A stretch of DNA of 64,000 bases from an uncultured Chloroflexia bacterium. Its GTDB lineage: Bacteria > Chloroflexota > Limnocylindria > Limnocylindrales > CSP1-4. How positions within the stretch are numbered: the stretch's first letter is position 1; each line of letters begins with the position of its first letter. The translations under genes were made by a program, and so were the position numbers. The stretch is from assembly GCA_963814125.1 (NCBI GenBank), contig CAWFBR010000010.1:579083-643082 (forward strand). The letters run 5' to 3'. Positions 54,699 to 63,044 of this stretch are shown piece by piece. Below the pieces are notes generated by a model, which saw only the letters and a program-made list of their open reading frames with translations, was not told the origin of the DNA and made no database searches.

Positions 54699-55097
54699 TC
54701 AGCGAGCAGGCAGGATGATGGGCGCAGGCAGCTGGGTGAGCCCGCCGGAGATCGCCTGTCGCCGGATCGCGGACTCGCGGTCGAGCCGGCCGATGTCGGA
54801 GAGATCCTGCTGCCGCTGAGCCTGGAGGCCCTGGTACTCCGCATTCAGCTGGCCCATGTCGTAACCGGAAGCTGAAACGCGAACGGTCTGGACCAGCGAG
54901 AAGAAGCTCAGCAGGAACGCGACGACGATCAGACCGATCGCGATCCCGAAGACACGCGGGTGCCGCCTCGTCCGGTGAAACGACACGCGCGATGGCCGAC
55001 GCGAGGCGAGCGGCGCCTGGGGGCGGAGGAGGGGGGCCTCCAGGCGCCGGCGCGGGAAGAACATCGAGCGAGGGCGGGCGCCCTCATAGACCGCCAT
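54699..55097 (-). CDS. ftsL: Cell division protein FtsL-like (septum formation initiator)
   Basis: 132 aa: a basic N-terminus, a single TM helix (GIAIGLIVVAFLLSFFSLV) and a coiled-coil region, lying between rsmH and ftsI. Confidence 0.55.
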   Translation of the reverse strand: MAVYEGARPRSMFFPRRRLEAPLLRPQAPLASRRPSRVSFHRTRRHPRVFGIAIGLIVVAFLLSFFSLVQTVRVSASGYDMGQLNAEYQGLQAQRQQDLSDIGRLDRESAIRRQAISGGLTQLPAPIILPAR

Positions 55098-55300
55098 CAG
55101 TGGATGCCCCGTAGTTGCAGCCAGTCGCCGGGTGCGGCACGGCCGGAGGCCGTCACGTCCAGGCCATCGCGGATACCCGGCACATGCAATTCATCGAGCC
55201 AACCAAGGAGTCCGCCGGCATAGCGCTCCGGCCGCTCGTGCATCTCGTGCTGGCGGCGGCCGTAGGTCCGGCGACGGCTGGCCTGGTGTCGCTTGCTCAT
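55097..55300 (-). CDS. Hypothetical small basic protein (67 aa) between rsmH and ftsL
   Basis: The ORF fits exactly into the rsmH-ftsL gap and its stop overlaps the ftsL start (ATGA), which suggests translational coupling. No recognisable domain. Confidence 0.3.
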   Translation of the reverse strand: MSKRHQASRRRTYGRRQHEMHERPERYAGGLLGWLDELHVPGIRDGLDVTASGRAAPGDWLQLRGIH

Positions 55301-55324
55301 CGGTTCCTCCTTTCTCGATCACAC

Positions 55325-56344
55325 TTAGGCGGCGACGCGCAGGGCGCCCCGAAGACGGGCGCTACGCGAACGTGGATTGACGTGGATCTCTTCGGCGCTC
55401 GGCGTGCGCGACTTGCCCAGTGACCGAAGCGTCGGCTCGTGGCCGCAGACGCATACCGGCACTTCGGGCGGGCAAACGCAGCCACGTTGCTCGACGGCAA
55501 TGAAGCGTTTGACTATGCGGTCTTCGAGCGAGTGGTAGCTGAGCACCACCAGGCGCCCGCCCGGCCGAAGCAAGACGAGCGCCGCGGCAAGCCCGGCCTC
55601 GAGTGCGGTCAGCTCGTCGTTGACCGCAATCCGCAGGGCCTGAAAGACGCGCGTAGCCGGGTGCGTTCGCCGGCCTCTCGGCGTTGGCACGGCCCGCTGC
55701 ACCAGAGCCGCCAGCTGCTCCGCGGTCTCCACGGGCGAATGGCTTCGCGTCTCCACGATCGTCCGGGCGATGCGGCCGGCAAACGGCTCCTCGCCGTAGC
55801 GGCGAAAGAGGGTCGCGAGCTCGCCCGCGTCCAGGGTCGCCAGCAGATCCGCTGCCGACCTGCCGTGGCTGGTGTCGAAGCGCATGTCCAGGCGCCCGCC
55901 GGCCCGGAAACCGAATCCGCGCTCCACGTCGACGAGCTGGTAGCTCGACAGGCCCAGGTCCATGAAGAGCCCGTCCACTTCGCTGAAGCCGGCAGCCGGC
56001 GCAACTTCGGCCAGCCGGCCGAAGTTGGCCTGCCGCAGAACCACGCGGTTGCCGAACCGAGCGAGCCGCCGGGCGCTCCGGGCGATGGCCGCCCCATCGG
56101 CATCGAGCCCGAGCAGGCGGCCGTCGGGAGCGGACGCTTCGAGAATCCGCTCCGCGTGGCCGGCTCCACCGAGGGTGGCGTCGAGCTGGAGACTGCCAGG
56201 ACGCGGGGCGAGTGTCTCGACGACCTCGCCTGCCATCACCGGCAGGTGCCCTATCTCCCGTTCGGCGCCCCCCTCGAGAGAGCCGGCCGCGGCAATGCCA
56301 CCGGTCGCCACCTCGAGCGGGTTGCGGGATCGCTTGTCACTCAT
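55325..56344 (-). CDS. rsmH: 16S rRNA (cytosine1402-N4)-methyltransferase
   Basis: Start at the internal MSDKRSRNP, adjacent to the mraZ stop; LGGAGHAERIL SAM-binding motif. The upstream 115 codons in the track are spurious. Confidence 0.9.
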   Translation of the reverse strand: MSDKRSRNPLEVATGGIAAAGSLEGGAEREIGHLPVMAGEVVETLAPRPGSLQLDATLGGAGHAERILEASAPDGRLLGLDADGAAIARSARRLARFGNRVVLRQANFGRLAEVAPAAGFSEVDGLFMDLGLSSYQLVDVERGFGFRAGGRLDMRFDTSHGRSAADLLATLDAGELATLFRRYGEEPFAGRIARTIVETRSHSPVETAEQLAALVQRAVPTPRGRRTHPATRVFQALRIAVNDELTALEAGLAAALVLLRPGGRLVVLSYHSLEDRIVKRFIAVEQRGCVCPPEVPVCVCGHEPTLRSLGKSRTPSAEEIHVNPRSRSARLRGALRVAA

Positions 56345-56345
56345 C

Positions 56346-56774
56346 TCAGATGACCAGCCCGGACATGTGAGAAGCCAGATCGCGAGGCGAACCCACCGGC
56401 TGCTGGCTCTCCGCCCAGCGCTCCGGGTTCCAGATCTCGACGTGGTCCCTCTGCCCGACGACCAGCGCCTCGCTCGCGAGGCCGGCCCACTCTCGGATCG
56501 ACACCGGCAGGACGACTCTTCCCTGTGCATCGGTCTCGAGATCGAATGCGTTGGAGAAGAGGAAACGCGAGAGCCTTCGGGCGTTGTCGTCGGCCAGGGG
56601 CAGGGCCGCGACCTTCGCGGCGAGGGCCTCAAACGAGTCGCGAGTGAAGATGGCCGCACAACCGTCCATCCAGCTCGCCAGGACGGCACCCTCGTCGAGT
56701 TGCAGGCGGAACTTGGCCGGTATTGCCACTCGGCCCTTCCCGTCTACAGTGTGTGTGTATCTGCCCCGGAACAT
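56346..56774 (-). CDS. mraZ: Transcriptional regulator MraZ
   Basis: Start at the internal MFRGRYTHTVDGKGRVAIPAKFR; two SpoVT/AbrB-like repeats (DGKGRV, DAQGRV). Confidence 0.85.
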   Translation of the reverse strand: MFRGRYTHTVDGKGRVAIPAKFRLQLDEGAVLASWMDGCAAIFTRDSFEALAAKVAALPLADDNARRLSRFLFSNAFDLETDAQGRVVLPVSIREWAGLASEALVVGQRDHVEIWNPERWAESQQPVGSPRDLASHMSGLVI

Positions 56775-56897
56775 AAGGCCGTCGCTCTTCCGCTTCGTTC
56801 TCGTGGCCGCTAACGCCGCTGGAGAACAACCGTTTGACTCCGGCAACCGATCAGCGTGGAAATCACCACGATTCCCCGCTGAGCACCACTGGAGCGG

Positions 56898-56925
56898 ATG
56901 ATACACCCACTTGGGTGACCGTCAA
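56898..56925 (-). promoter_or_regulatory. Putative mraZ/dcw promoter (TTGACG-N17-TATCAT) with an embedded GTGGG(T)G MraZ-box-like repeat
   Basis: Sense reads ggccgTTGACGgtcacccaagtgggtgTATCATccgctccaGTGGTGctc, about 125 nt upstream of the mraZ start. Confidence 0.4.
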
Positions 56926-57107
56926 CGGCCGCCGGTGGGAATTCCGGCCGCCGGTCCGACCCGCTCGCGCACGGGATGGACGCGGTTACGGTGAAGCGCG
57001 GCGTACGCTAAGGGGATCGGGGAACCGTCCGAACGGGCGGCACGTCGTAGGTGGAGGTTGCCGCAGCGGTCGGCGAAGCCCCGCCGCACGTGGAGCGAGG
57101 GAGACTG

Positions 57108-58424
57108 ATGGACATGCGCACAAAGAACGATCGCGGGCGAACGACTCCCCGGGTTCGAAGCTGGATAGCTCGCCTGGGGTCGCTGGCGCTGGCCGGTGGG
57201 ATGGCGTGGGGCTGCGCCGGCCAGGCAGCGGGCAACGACGTGGCCCGCTCGAACGTCGCCAGGGCCGGCAGTTCGGCTACCGACGCTCGGCAGGCCGCAT
57301 CGGCCATCAACGCCTTCGGCTTCGACCTGCTCAAGACGACAACAGCCGCCGGCGGAAACGAGGTCCTCTCCCCTGCCAGCATCGCCCTTGCCCTGGCCAT
57401 GGCGCAGGCCGGCGCGGCCGGTGACACCGCCAGCCAGATGGATTCGGTCATGCACGCCGCCTGCAGCTCGGGGAATGGCAACGGCCTCAACTCACTCGAA
57501 CAGGCCCTGACCGGTCTCTCCGGCAGCTACTCGAACCCCCTCGGCTCGCAGGAGGCGGTCGAGCTCCGCATCGCCAACGCGCCATTCGCGCAGCGGGGCT
57601 ACAGCCTGAATCAGCCATACCTGGACACGCTCGCCGGCCGGTTCGATGCAGGCCTTCGGCTGGTCGATTTCGCCGGCGACCTGACGGGTTCGCGCAAGCT
57701 CATCAACGACTGGATCAGCGGCCAGACCGAGGGGCGGATCCCACAGCTTCTAGGCGAGCTCGACCCCGCTACCCGCCTGGTCCTGGCAAACGCCACCTAT
57801 CTGAAGGCGCCGTGGCAGACGCCGTTCTGGCCGAACGGGACAAAGGATTCGCCGTTCACCCGGCTCGATGGCTCACAGGTACCGGTGCCGACCATGTCAG
57901 TGGATCTCGGCGCGGCGACGTACGCTTCCGGACCCGGGTGGCAGGCGGCTGAGCTCGAATACGTGGGCGGTTCACTGGCCATGACAGTGATCCTTCCAGA
58001 TGACTTCTCCGCGTTCGAGATAAGGCTCGACGCCACGCTTTTTGGCCAGATCACGGGCTTGCTTGGCCGCACGCCCGGCGAACTGACACTTCCCCGCTTC
58101 AAGACCGAGACGCAGATCGACCTGGGCCAAACCTTGAGCGGGATGGGCATGCCATCCGCGTTCGACTCCGGCACGGCCGATTTCTCCGGGATCACCGCGC
58201 AGGAACGCCTGTTCATCTCCCAGGTCGCGCACCAGGCGAACATCTCGGTCGACGAAAAGGGCACCGAGGCGACCGCAGCCACGGTGGTCGCTATTGCTGC
58301 CGCGGCGACCTCGCCGGGAGACGTCGTGGTCTTCCACGTCGACCGGCCGTTCGTGTTCGCGGTGCGTGACAGGAACACGGGCGCCATCCTGTTCCTCGGC
58401 CGGATCGTCGATCCGTCGGCCTAG
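57108..58424 (+). CDS. Serpin family protein (secreted serine-protease inhibitor)
   Basis: Start at MDMRTKND with GAGGGAG upstream, followed by a signal/lipoprotein-like segment. Serpin hallmarks are present: the shutter region, the hinge EKGTEATAAT and the C-terminal FHVDRPFVFAVRD...LFLGRIVDP. Confidence 0.8.
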   Translation: MDMRTKNDRGRTTPRVRSWIARLGSLALAGGMAWGCAGQAAGNDVARSNVARAGSSATDARQAASAINAFGFDLLKTTTAAGGNEVLSPASIALALAMAQAGAAGDTASQMDSVMHAACSSGNGNGLNSLEQALTGLSGSYSNPLGSQEAVELRIANAPFAQRGYSLNQPYLDTLAGRFDAGLRLVDFAGDLTGSRKLINDWISGQTEGRIPQLLGELDPATRLVLANATYLKAPWQTPFWPNGTKDSPFTRLDGSQVPVPTMSVDLGAATYASGPGWQAAELEYVGGSLAMTVILPDDFSAFEIRLDATLFGQITGLLGRTPGELTLPRFKTETQIDLGQTLSGMGMPSAFDSGTADFSGITAQERLFISQVAHQANISVDEKGTEATAATVVAIAAAATSPGDVVVFHVDRPFVFAVRDRNTGAILFLGRIVDPSA

Positions 58425-58512
58425 AACCGCAGCGCACCCAGGGCTCACGTCGGGCCCCAGGAACGCCTCACAATCGAACAGTAGACTGCCACTGCGGTAG
58501 CAAGGGGATTGG

Positions 58513-58830
58513 ATGCGAATCCTGGCCATCGAAAGGTCTGTCCCTGGTGTGGGAGAGGCCCAGTTCACGCCCGAACTGGCGGGCATGGAGGCGCGACGAG
58601 CCTGGGACCTATACCAGGCCGGCATCCTGCGCGAGCTCTACTTTCGGGAGGACCAAACGTCGGCCGTGCTCATGCTGGAGTGCGCGGACGTCAACGAGGC
58701 CCGAGCGGTCCTCGCTTCGCTGCCCCTGGTCGTCGCGGGCATGATCGAGTTCGAGGTGCTCCCGCTCCAGGCGTATTCGGGCTTCGGGCGGCTCTTCGCG
58801 CCCGGGGAACTACCTAGCGAGCGGCCGTAA
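58513..58830 (+). CDS. Muconolactone delta-isomerase-like small protein (MLI/DUF3303-like fold)
   Basis: 105 aa; the pattern MRILAIER...ELAGMEARRAWDLYQAGILRELYFRED...LPLVVAGMIEFEVLPL parallels the 96-aa muconolactone isomerase family. Confidence 0.45.
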   Translation: MRILAIERSVPGVGEAQFTPELAGMEARRAWDLYQAGILRELYFREDQTSAVLMLECADVNEARAVLASLPLVVAGMIEFEVLPLQAYSGFGRLFAPGELPSERP

Positions 58831-59218
58831 CGCAGGGCAGCGCGGGCGCGGACGGGCCGGGGATGTAACGGGCCACCCAGGCCGAAAGTTCGCAGGAAAG
58901 ATCCTCGGCAAGCTTGGGGCTCGCCCCGTCGCGTTCGAACGAGAGACGGAAGCCGGCTACGATCTTGATCAACTCGGCGCGGGCGGTGCCGTTCCACTCG
59001 ACCGCGGGGCAGGAGCCACGGAGGTGGCAGTCCTCTTCCTGGGAGAAGTGACGGACGGAGTAGTCGCCGAAGTCGCGAAGCGCGCGCTCAACCAGGGAAC
59101 GGTCGCTTCCTGTCTCGATGGTCGCCACCAGGACATCGGCTCGCTCGACGAGGGCGCGGTGCTGCGCGTCAAGCAGCGGAGCGCCGGTTTCCATGCTCGG
59201 CTGCCACCCGATCGACAT
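58814..59218 (-). CDS. Hemerythrin-like domain protein (degenerate metal ligands)
   Basis: LLDAQHRALVE...FGDYSVRHFSQEE matches the bacteriohemerythrin helices (D.QH..L / Y...HF..EE), but the second His pair is missing. Confidence 0.35.
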   Translation of the reverse strand: MSIGWQPSMETGAPLLDAQHRALVERADVLVATIETGSDRSLVERALRDFGDYSVRHFSQEEDCHLRGSCPAVEWNGTARAELIKIVAGFRLSFERDGASPKLAEDLSCELSAWVARYIPGPSAPALPCVTAAR

Positions 59219-59451
59219 CCCTTGGCTCCTTCATTCGAGTCGGTGTTCGCGCCGCCCGGCTCGCAACGCCCGGTCGGCTGGTGGACTCTATGAGGCTCCG
59301 AACCGACGACCGCCGGCCAGTGCCATTGGGCCCAGCAAGCCGTGACCGGTCCGGCTACGAGTAGCGCCGTCCGGGTAGGTCGCCCGCGGGCTCCGTCGGC
59401 CGGCTCGCGCTTCTCGGCCGCCCGGGAGCAGGCCAAGCCTCCTATATCGGC

Positions 59452-60603
59452 CTACCTCGTGGGCGGCGGTATCTTCAGCGGGTCACCTGGGTGGATGACG
59501 TCGGAGCTGGCCAATGATGGGTTCATCTGGCGAATCTTGGCCACGTCCACGCCGAAGAAGGTCGCGATATTGGGGAGCGTATCGGCGACCGAGGATCCGT
59601 TTTCGCCGGCTCCCCTGACCGTGTAGACATAGCAGCTGGGCTGGTCGGTGCAGGGCACGACCAGGTCCATACGGGAGGCGGTGGCTCCGGGTGGCCACGA
59701 ACTGGTCGGGGCGGGCGTGGCGGTCGGGGCGGGCGTGGCGGTCGGAGTGGGCGTTGCGGCCGGAGTGGGCGTTGCGGCCGGAGTGGGCGTTGCCGGCGAG
59801 CTTGGCGACGCCGCAGGCGTCGTGGCCAGGCTGGGCGATGGGGCCACAGAGGGCGCGATCGTGGCCGTCGCGGCTGGCGACGACGAGCCGATGGCGATCA
59901 CCGGTGGCTGTCGGCCGGCGCCGCCAAACGGCAGCACGCCAAGGATCGGACCGGCCAGCAGTATCCCCAGAGCTGCAACTACAAGGACGACGGCCGCGAC
60001 CGTCATCAATGGAAAGCCGGCCTTCTCCTCCTCGGGCACAGCCGCCGCGGCGCCTTCGTTTGCCAGGAGGGTGCCCCTCACGTAGCGCGGGCAGCTGACG
60101 TGGACGCGCTGCAAGCACACCAGCTCCTGCTGGCGCAGAGACAGCGGAAGCGGGTCGCCGAAGGCGGCGCACCGGTGCGTCGGCACGGCAGTGGTCTGGG
60201 CATCGGCCAAGCGGCCGTCTGGACCGACACTTCGGAGGAAGTGGCAACGAATGGGACCGGAGGCCGACGGGCCAGGCTCCGACCAGGGCCGGAACCTGGA
60301 CGGGATGCCACCCGACTCGGCGGCCGTGTCGGGTGGGAGTGCGGGCAGAGTCCCTGGCGGGGTGGCGGGCGGAGTAGTGGGCGGCGTCGCGAGCGGGGTC
60401 GTGGGCGGGAACACCTGATCGCCGGGGCCGGTGCCGATGAGCCCTCCGGGCATGTCCGCATCGTCGCCCTGGTCGGGCTGAAGGCCTCGCGCGACGCGCG
60501 CGCGTCCGAGCCTCATTTGCTCTTCGTCGGGCGGTGTCCGGTCACCGCGCCCGTCGCGACCCTCCGCGCCTCCGCCTGCCTCCACGACGTCTCCCTGCCC
60601 CAA
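59452..60603 (-). CDS. LysM peptidoglycan-binding membrane protein with a Cys/His-rich cytoplasmic N-domain and a PT-repeat linker
   Basis: C-terminal LysM (YVYTVRGAGENGSSVADTLPNIATFFGVDVAKIRQMNPSL), one TM helix (LMTVAAVVLVVAALGILLAG), a PT-rich linker and an N-terminal C/H cluster (CHFLRS...HRCAAF...CLQRVHVSCPRY). The start is uncertain because several in-frame Met lie within the first 50 codons. Confidence 0.6.
   Translation of the reverse strand: MGQGDVVEAGGGAEGRDGRGDRTPPDEEQMRLGRARVARGLQPDQGDDADMPGGLIGTGPGDQVFPPTTPLATPPTTPPATPPGTLPALPPDTAAESGGIPSRFRPWSEPGPSASGPIRCHFLRSVGPDGRLADAQTTAVPTHRCAAFGDPLPLSLRQQELVCLQRVHVSCPRYVRGTLLANEGAAAAVPEEEKAGFPLMTVAAVVLVVAALGILLAGPILGVLPFGGAGRQPPVIAIGSSSPAATATIAPSVAPSPSLATTPAASPSSPATPTPAATPTPAATPTPTATPAPTATPAPTSSWPPGATASRMDLVVPCTDQPSCYVYTVRGAGENGSSVADTLPNIATFFGVDVAKIRQMNPSLASSDVIHPGDPLKIPPPTR
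59704..59795. repeat. 18-bp tandem repeat x5 encoding (ATPTPA)-type hexapeptide units in the LysM protein
   Basis: ggtcggggcgggcgtggc x2, then ggtcggagtgggcgttgc and ggccggagtgggcgttgc x2; the protein reads ATPTPAATPTPAATPTPTATPAPTATPAPT. Confidence 0.6.
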
Positions 60604-60674
60604 ACGCTACGCCCGGCAGGTATAGCCAGGCAGTCGATGTCGGGGAGTCTAGTACCTTTCGAGGCTTGCCGTCC

Positions 60675-60710
60675 CCTACCTATCGATGGTAGCCTCCCGG
60701 CTCTCGGAGG
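60675..60710. promoter_or_regulatory. Two adjacent inverted repeats (CTACC-tatcgat-GGTAG and CCTCC-cggctctc-GGAGG) in the divergent region between the LysM gene and the small Cys ORF
   Basis: Seen directly. The local GC is lower than in the flanks, and the repeats sit 70-110 nt upstream of the LysM gene start. Confidence 0.25.
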
Positions 60711-60725
60711 TCCCGCTCGGTCCCG

Positions 60726-60968
60726 ATGGCACTGCTTCAGCCCGTCAACGACCTACCGCTGCCCGCCGCGGCATCCGCCACGACGCGAATACGTCGCTGC
60801 ACGTTCCGCCGTCTCAGCCGAGTCGCCGCAGGCCCCGAATCCGGCTACGAAGTCAGCTGCCTGTATCCCGACAGGCGTGTGCCGCTGCCTCTCGGTGACA
60901 TGGAATCTAGCCTCGACGTCTGCGGGCCATGCCTGGCCAGCCACATCTTCCGACCGGACGAGGACTGA
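60726..60968 (+). CDS. Hypothetical small four-Cys protein (80 aa)
   Basis: Cys at positions 25, 45, 66 and 69 (CGPC). The stop is followed 3 nt later by hairpin AGGCC-GGAA-GGCCT. The RBS is weak. Confidence 0.2.
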   Translation: MALLQPVNDLPLPAAASATTRIRRCTFRRLSRVAAGPESGYEVSCLYPDRRVPLPLGDMESSLDVCGPCLASHIFRPDED

Positions 60969-61104
60969 GAAGGCCGGAAGGCCTATTCAGCTTGGGACTA
61001 CTCGGCCGCTGGCCGAATGGTCCGCCGGATTCGAAGGTCCGGGACCATTCTCGGTCGGTCTCGGTTTCGACCGGGGCGGTCGCCTACCGGCGGCTTGGGA
61101 GGTG

Positions 61105-61505
61105 GCGGCGAGCCGGCCTGTAAGCCGAGTTCTGTACCGCGACGAAGACTGATTGGGCTACGCCCGATCAGTTTCGCGTCGCGGCGACGATCATCCATCT
61201 CTGGCCGTCGGTTACCCGACGGCTCAAGCGGCCGACCCGAGGACTGGGCAGCGCGACCTCTTCCGTTCGAACGCCCGGTTGCCCGAACCCCCGAACCGCG
61301 TCCTCCTATTTGGCCTTGCTCCGGGTAGAGTTTGCCGCGTTTCACCTACCGCGCTCGAGTCTCCTCGAGCCCGGCTACGTCTCTGTGGCACTGGTCCTCG
61401 CCTCGCGGCGGACGGGCGTTACCCGCTACCCTGCGCTGAGGAGCTCGGACTTTCCTCGAGCATCGGCTTTCGCCGAGTGCGCGCGATCGTCCAGCCGACT
61501 CGCCG
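61105..61505 (-). ncRNA. rnpB: RNase P RNA (bacterial type A)
   Basis: The reverse complement contains CR-I GAGGAAAGUCCGAGCUCC (plus strand about 61440-61465) and CR-V ACAGAACUCGGCUUACAGGCC (plus strand about 61113-61135). A P1 helix pairs GGCGAGUCGGCUGG with CAGGCCGGCUCGCC, giving about 400 nt. Only spurious ORFs cover this region. Confidence 0.75.
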
Positions 61506-61558
61506 AGGCGGGATTGTAGTCGAGTCTCGGCTCCGAGCCAAACCGCGATCCGGTCGAC

Positions 61559-62137
61559 GTGGAGGAAAAGATGGTCGGTGACCGTGACGCCGGCTCCGGC
61601 GGAGCCCCGATCCACATCCGCCGCGCCCTCGGGGCCGACGCGCGCGCCGTCGCTAAGGTGATCGTCCGTGGCTGGCAAGGGGCCTACCGCGGCTTGATGC
61701 CGGACGAGTTCCTGGCCGGACTCTCGGTGGCCGGACGCGAGGCGGCGTGGCGGGAGATGCTGGATCGCGACGCCGGCGGCGGCGTCCCTGCCTGGCTTGC
61801 TGAGCGCGACGGCCGGGTGGTCGGATTCGCGAGCAGCGGACCGCCACGAGACGCGGAAGTGCCCCCGACGGGCGCGGAGCTGTACGCCATATACGTCCTG
61901 CCGGAGGAGTGGCGGAAAGGCATCGGCCGCTCACTCGTGCAAACGGCGACCGCGCATTGGCGAGACCGTGGCATCAGCGAGCTCGTGCTCTGGGTGCTGG
62001 AGGACAATGCTCGGGCCCGCGCCTTCTACGAGGCCATGGGCTGGCGGCCGGACGGCGGCCGGCAGCAACTGGAAATCGCCGGTATGAGCCTGGCCGAAAT
62101 TCGCTACCGCCTGGAGGGCGCCGGCTCCTCCGCGTAG
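61559..62137 (+). CDS. GNAT family N-acetyltransferase
   Basis: Acetyl-CoA binding motif A (VVGFASSG...RKGIGRSLV) and motif B (ARAFYEAMGW). Confidence 0.7.
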   Translation: MEEKMVGDRDAGSGGAPIHIRRALGADARAVAKVIVRGWQGAYRGLMPDEFLAGLSVAGREAAWREMLDRDAGGGVPAWLAERDGRVVGFASSGPPRDAEVPPTGAELYAIYVLPEEWRKGIGRSLVQTATAHWRDRGISELVLWVLEDNARARAFYEAMGWRPDGGRQQLEIAGMSLAEIRYRLEGAGSSA

Positions 62138-62192
62138 GATGGACGTTCGCCGGCGTGTCGAAACGCAGGCCAGGACCAGCCGGGAGCAGACA

Positions 62193-63020
62193 ATGGGCGC
62201 AAAGGCCAAAGGCGAGGCTTTTCGGGACCTTCTGGGCGTGGAACCGGGCGAGAAAGTGGATCTCTCTCGCTTCGACTGCGGCGCGACATTCGGCCGTCAG
62301 AAGGAAGAGGCCGAAGCCACGCTCGCGGCAAACCTCGCCCGGCTCACAGAACTCCAGGAGCGAATCTACGCCGAGGCGAAGCACGCTGTCCTGATCGTCC
62401 TCCAGGGCATCGACGCGGCGGGCAAGGACGGCACGATCAGGGTCATCGCCGGCGCGTTCAATCCGCAGGGCACGCCGGTCACCTCGTTCAAAGTTCCGAC
62501 GCCGGAGGAGTTGGCCCACGATTTCCTGTGGCGCGTCCACGCCGCGATCCCCGGCAAGGGCGAGATCGGCATCTTCAACCGCAGCCATTACGAGCAGGTC
62601 CTCATCGTCCGCGTCCACAACCTGGAACCTGAGGAGACGTGGCGGCGCCACTACCGCGAGATCCGCGATTGGGAGCGGATGCTGACCGACGAGGGGATGA
62701 CGATCCTCAAGTTCTTCCTGGCGATCGACAAGGAGGAGCAGCGATCTCGCTTCCAGGAGAGGATCGACGACCCGAAGAAGCGCTGGAAGTTCAAGACCGC
62801 CGACATCGCCGAGCGCAAGTTCTGGGACGACTACAGGACCGCCTTCGAGGAGATGCTCTCCGAGACGAGCACGGAATATGCCCCCTGGCACCTCGTGCCC
62901 TCGAATCGCAACTGGCTGCGCAACGTAGCCGTCAGCGAGATCGTGGCCGACACCCTGGAAGGGCTGAATCCTCGGTATCCGGAGGTCGAAGCCGGCGTCG
63001 AAGGACTCAAGGTCGTCTAG
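62193..63020 (+). CDS. Polyphosphate kinase 2 family protein (polyphosphate:nucleotide phosphotransferase)
   Basis: Walker A LQGIDAAGKDGT, the FNRSHYE motif and the PPK2 lid. Start taken at the internal MGAKAKGE; the track ORF begins 18 codons upstream. It starts 2 bp after the GNAT stop. Confidence 0.8.
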   Translation: MGAKAKGEAFRDLLGVEPGEKVDLSRFDCGATFGRQKEEAEATLAANLARLTELQERIYAEAKHAVLIVLQGIDAAGKDGTIRVIAGAFNPQGTPVTSFKVPTPEELAHDFLWRVHAAIPGKGEIGIFNRSHYEQVLIVRVHNLEPEETWRRHYREIRDWERMLTDEGMTILKFFLAIDKEEQRSRFQERIDDPKKRWKFKTADIAERKFWDDYRTAFEEMLSETSTEYAPWHLVPSNRNWLRNVAVSEIVADTLEGLNPRYPEVEAGVEGLKVV

Positions 63021-63044
63021 CGATCCCGAGACCATCCGAACCGG

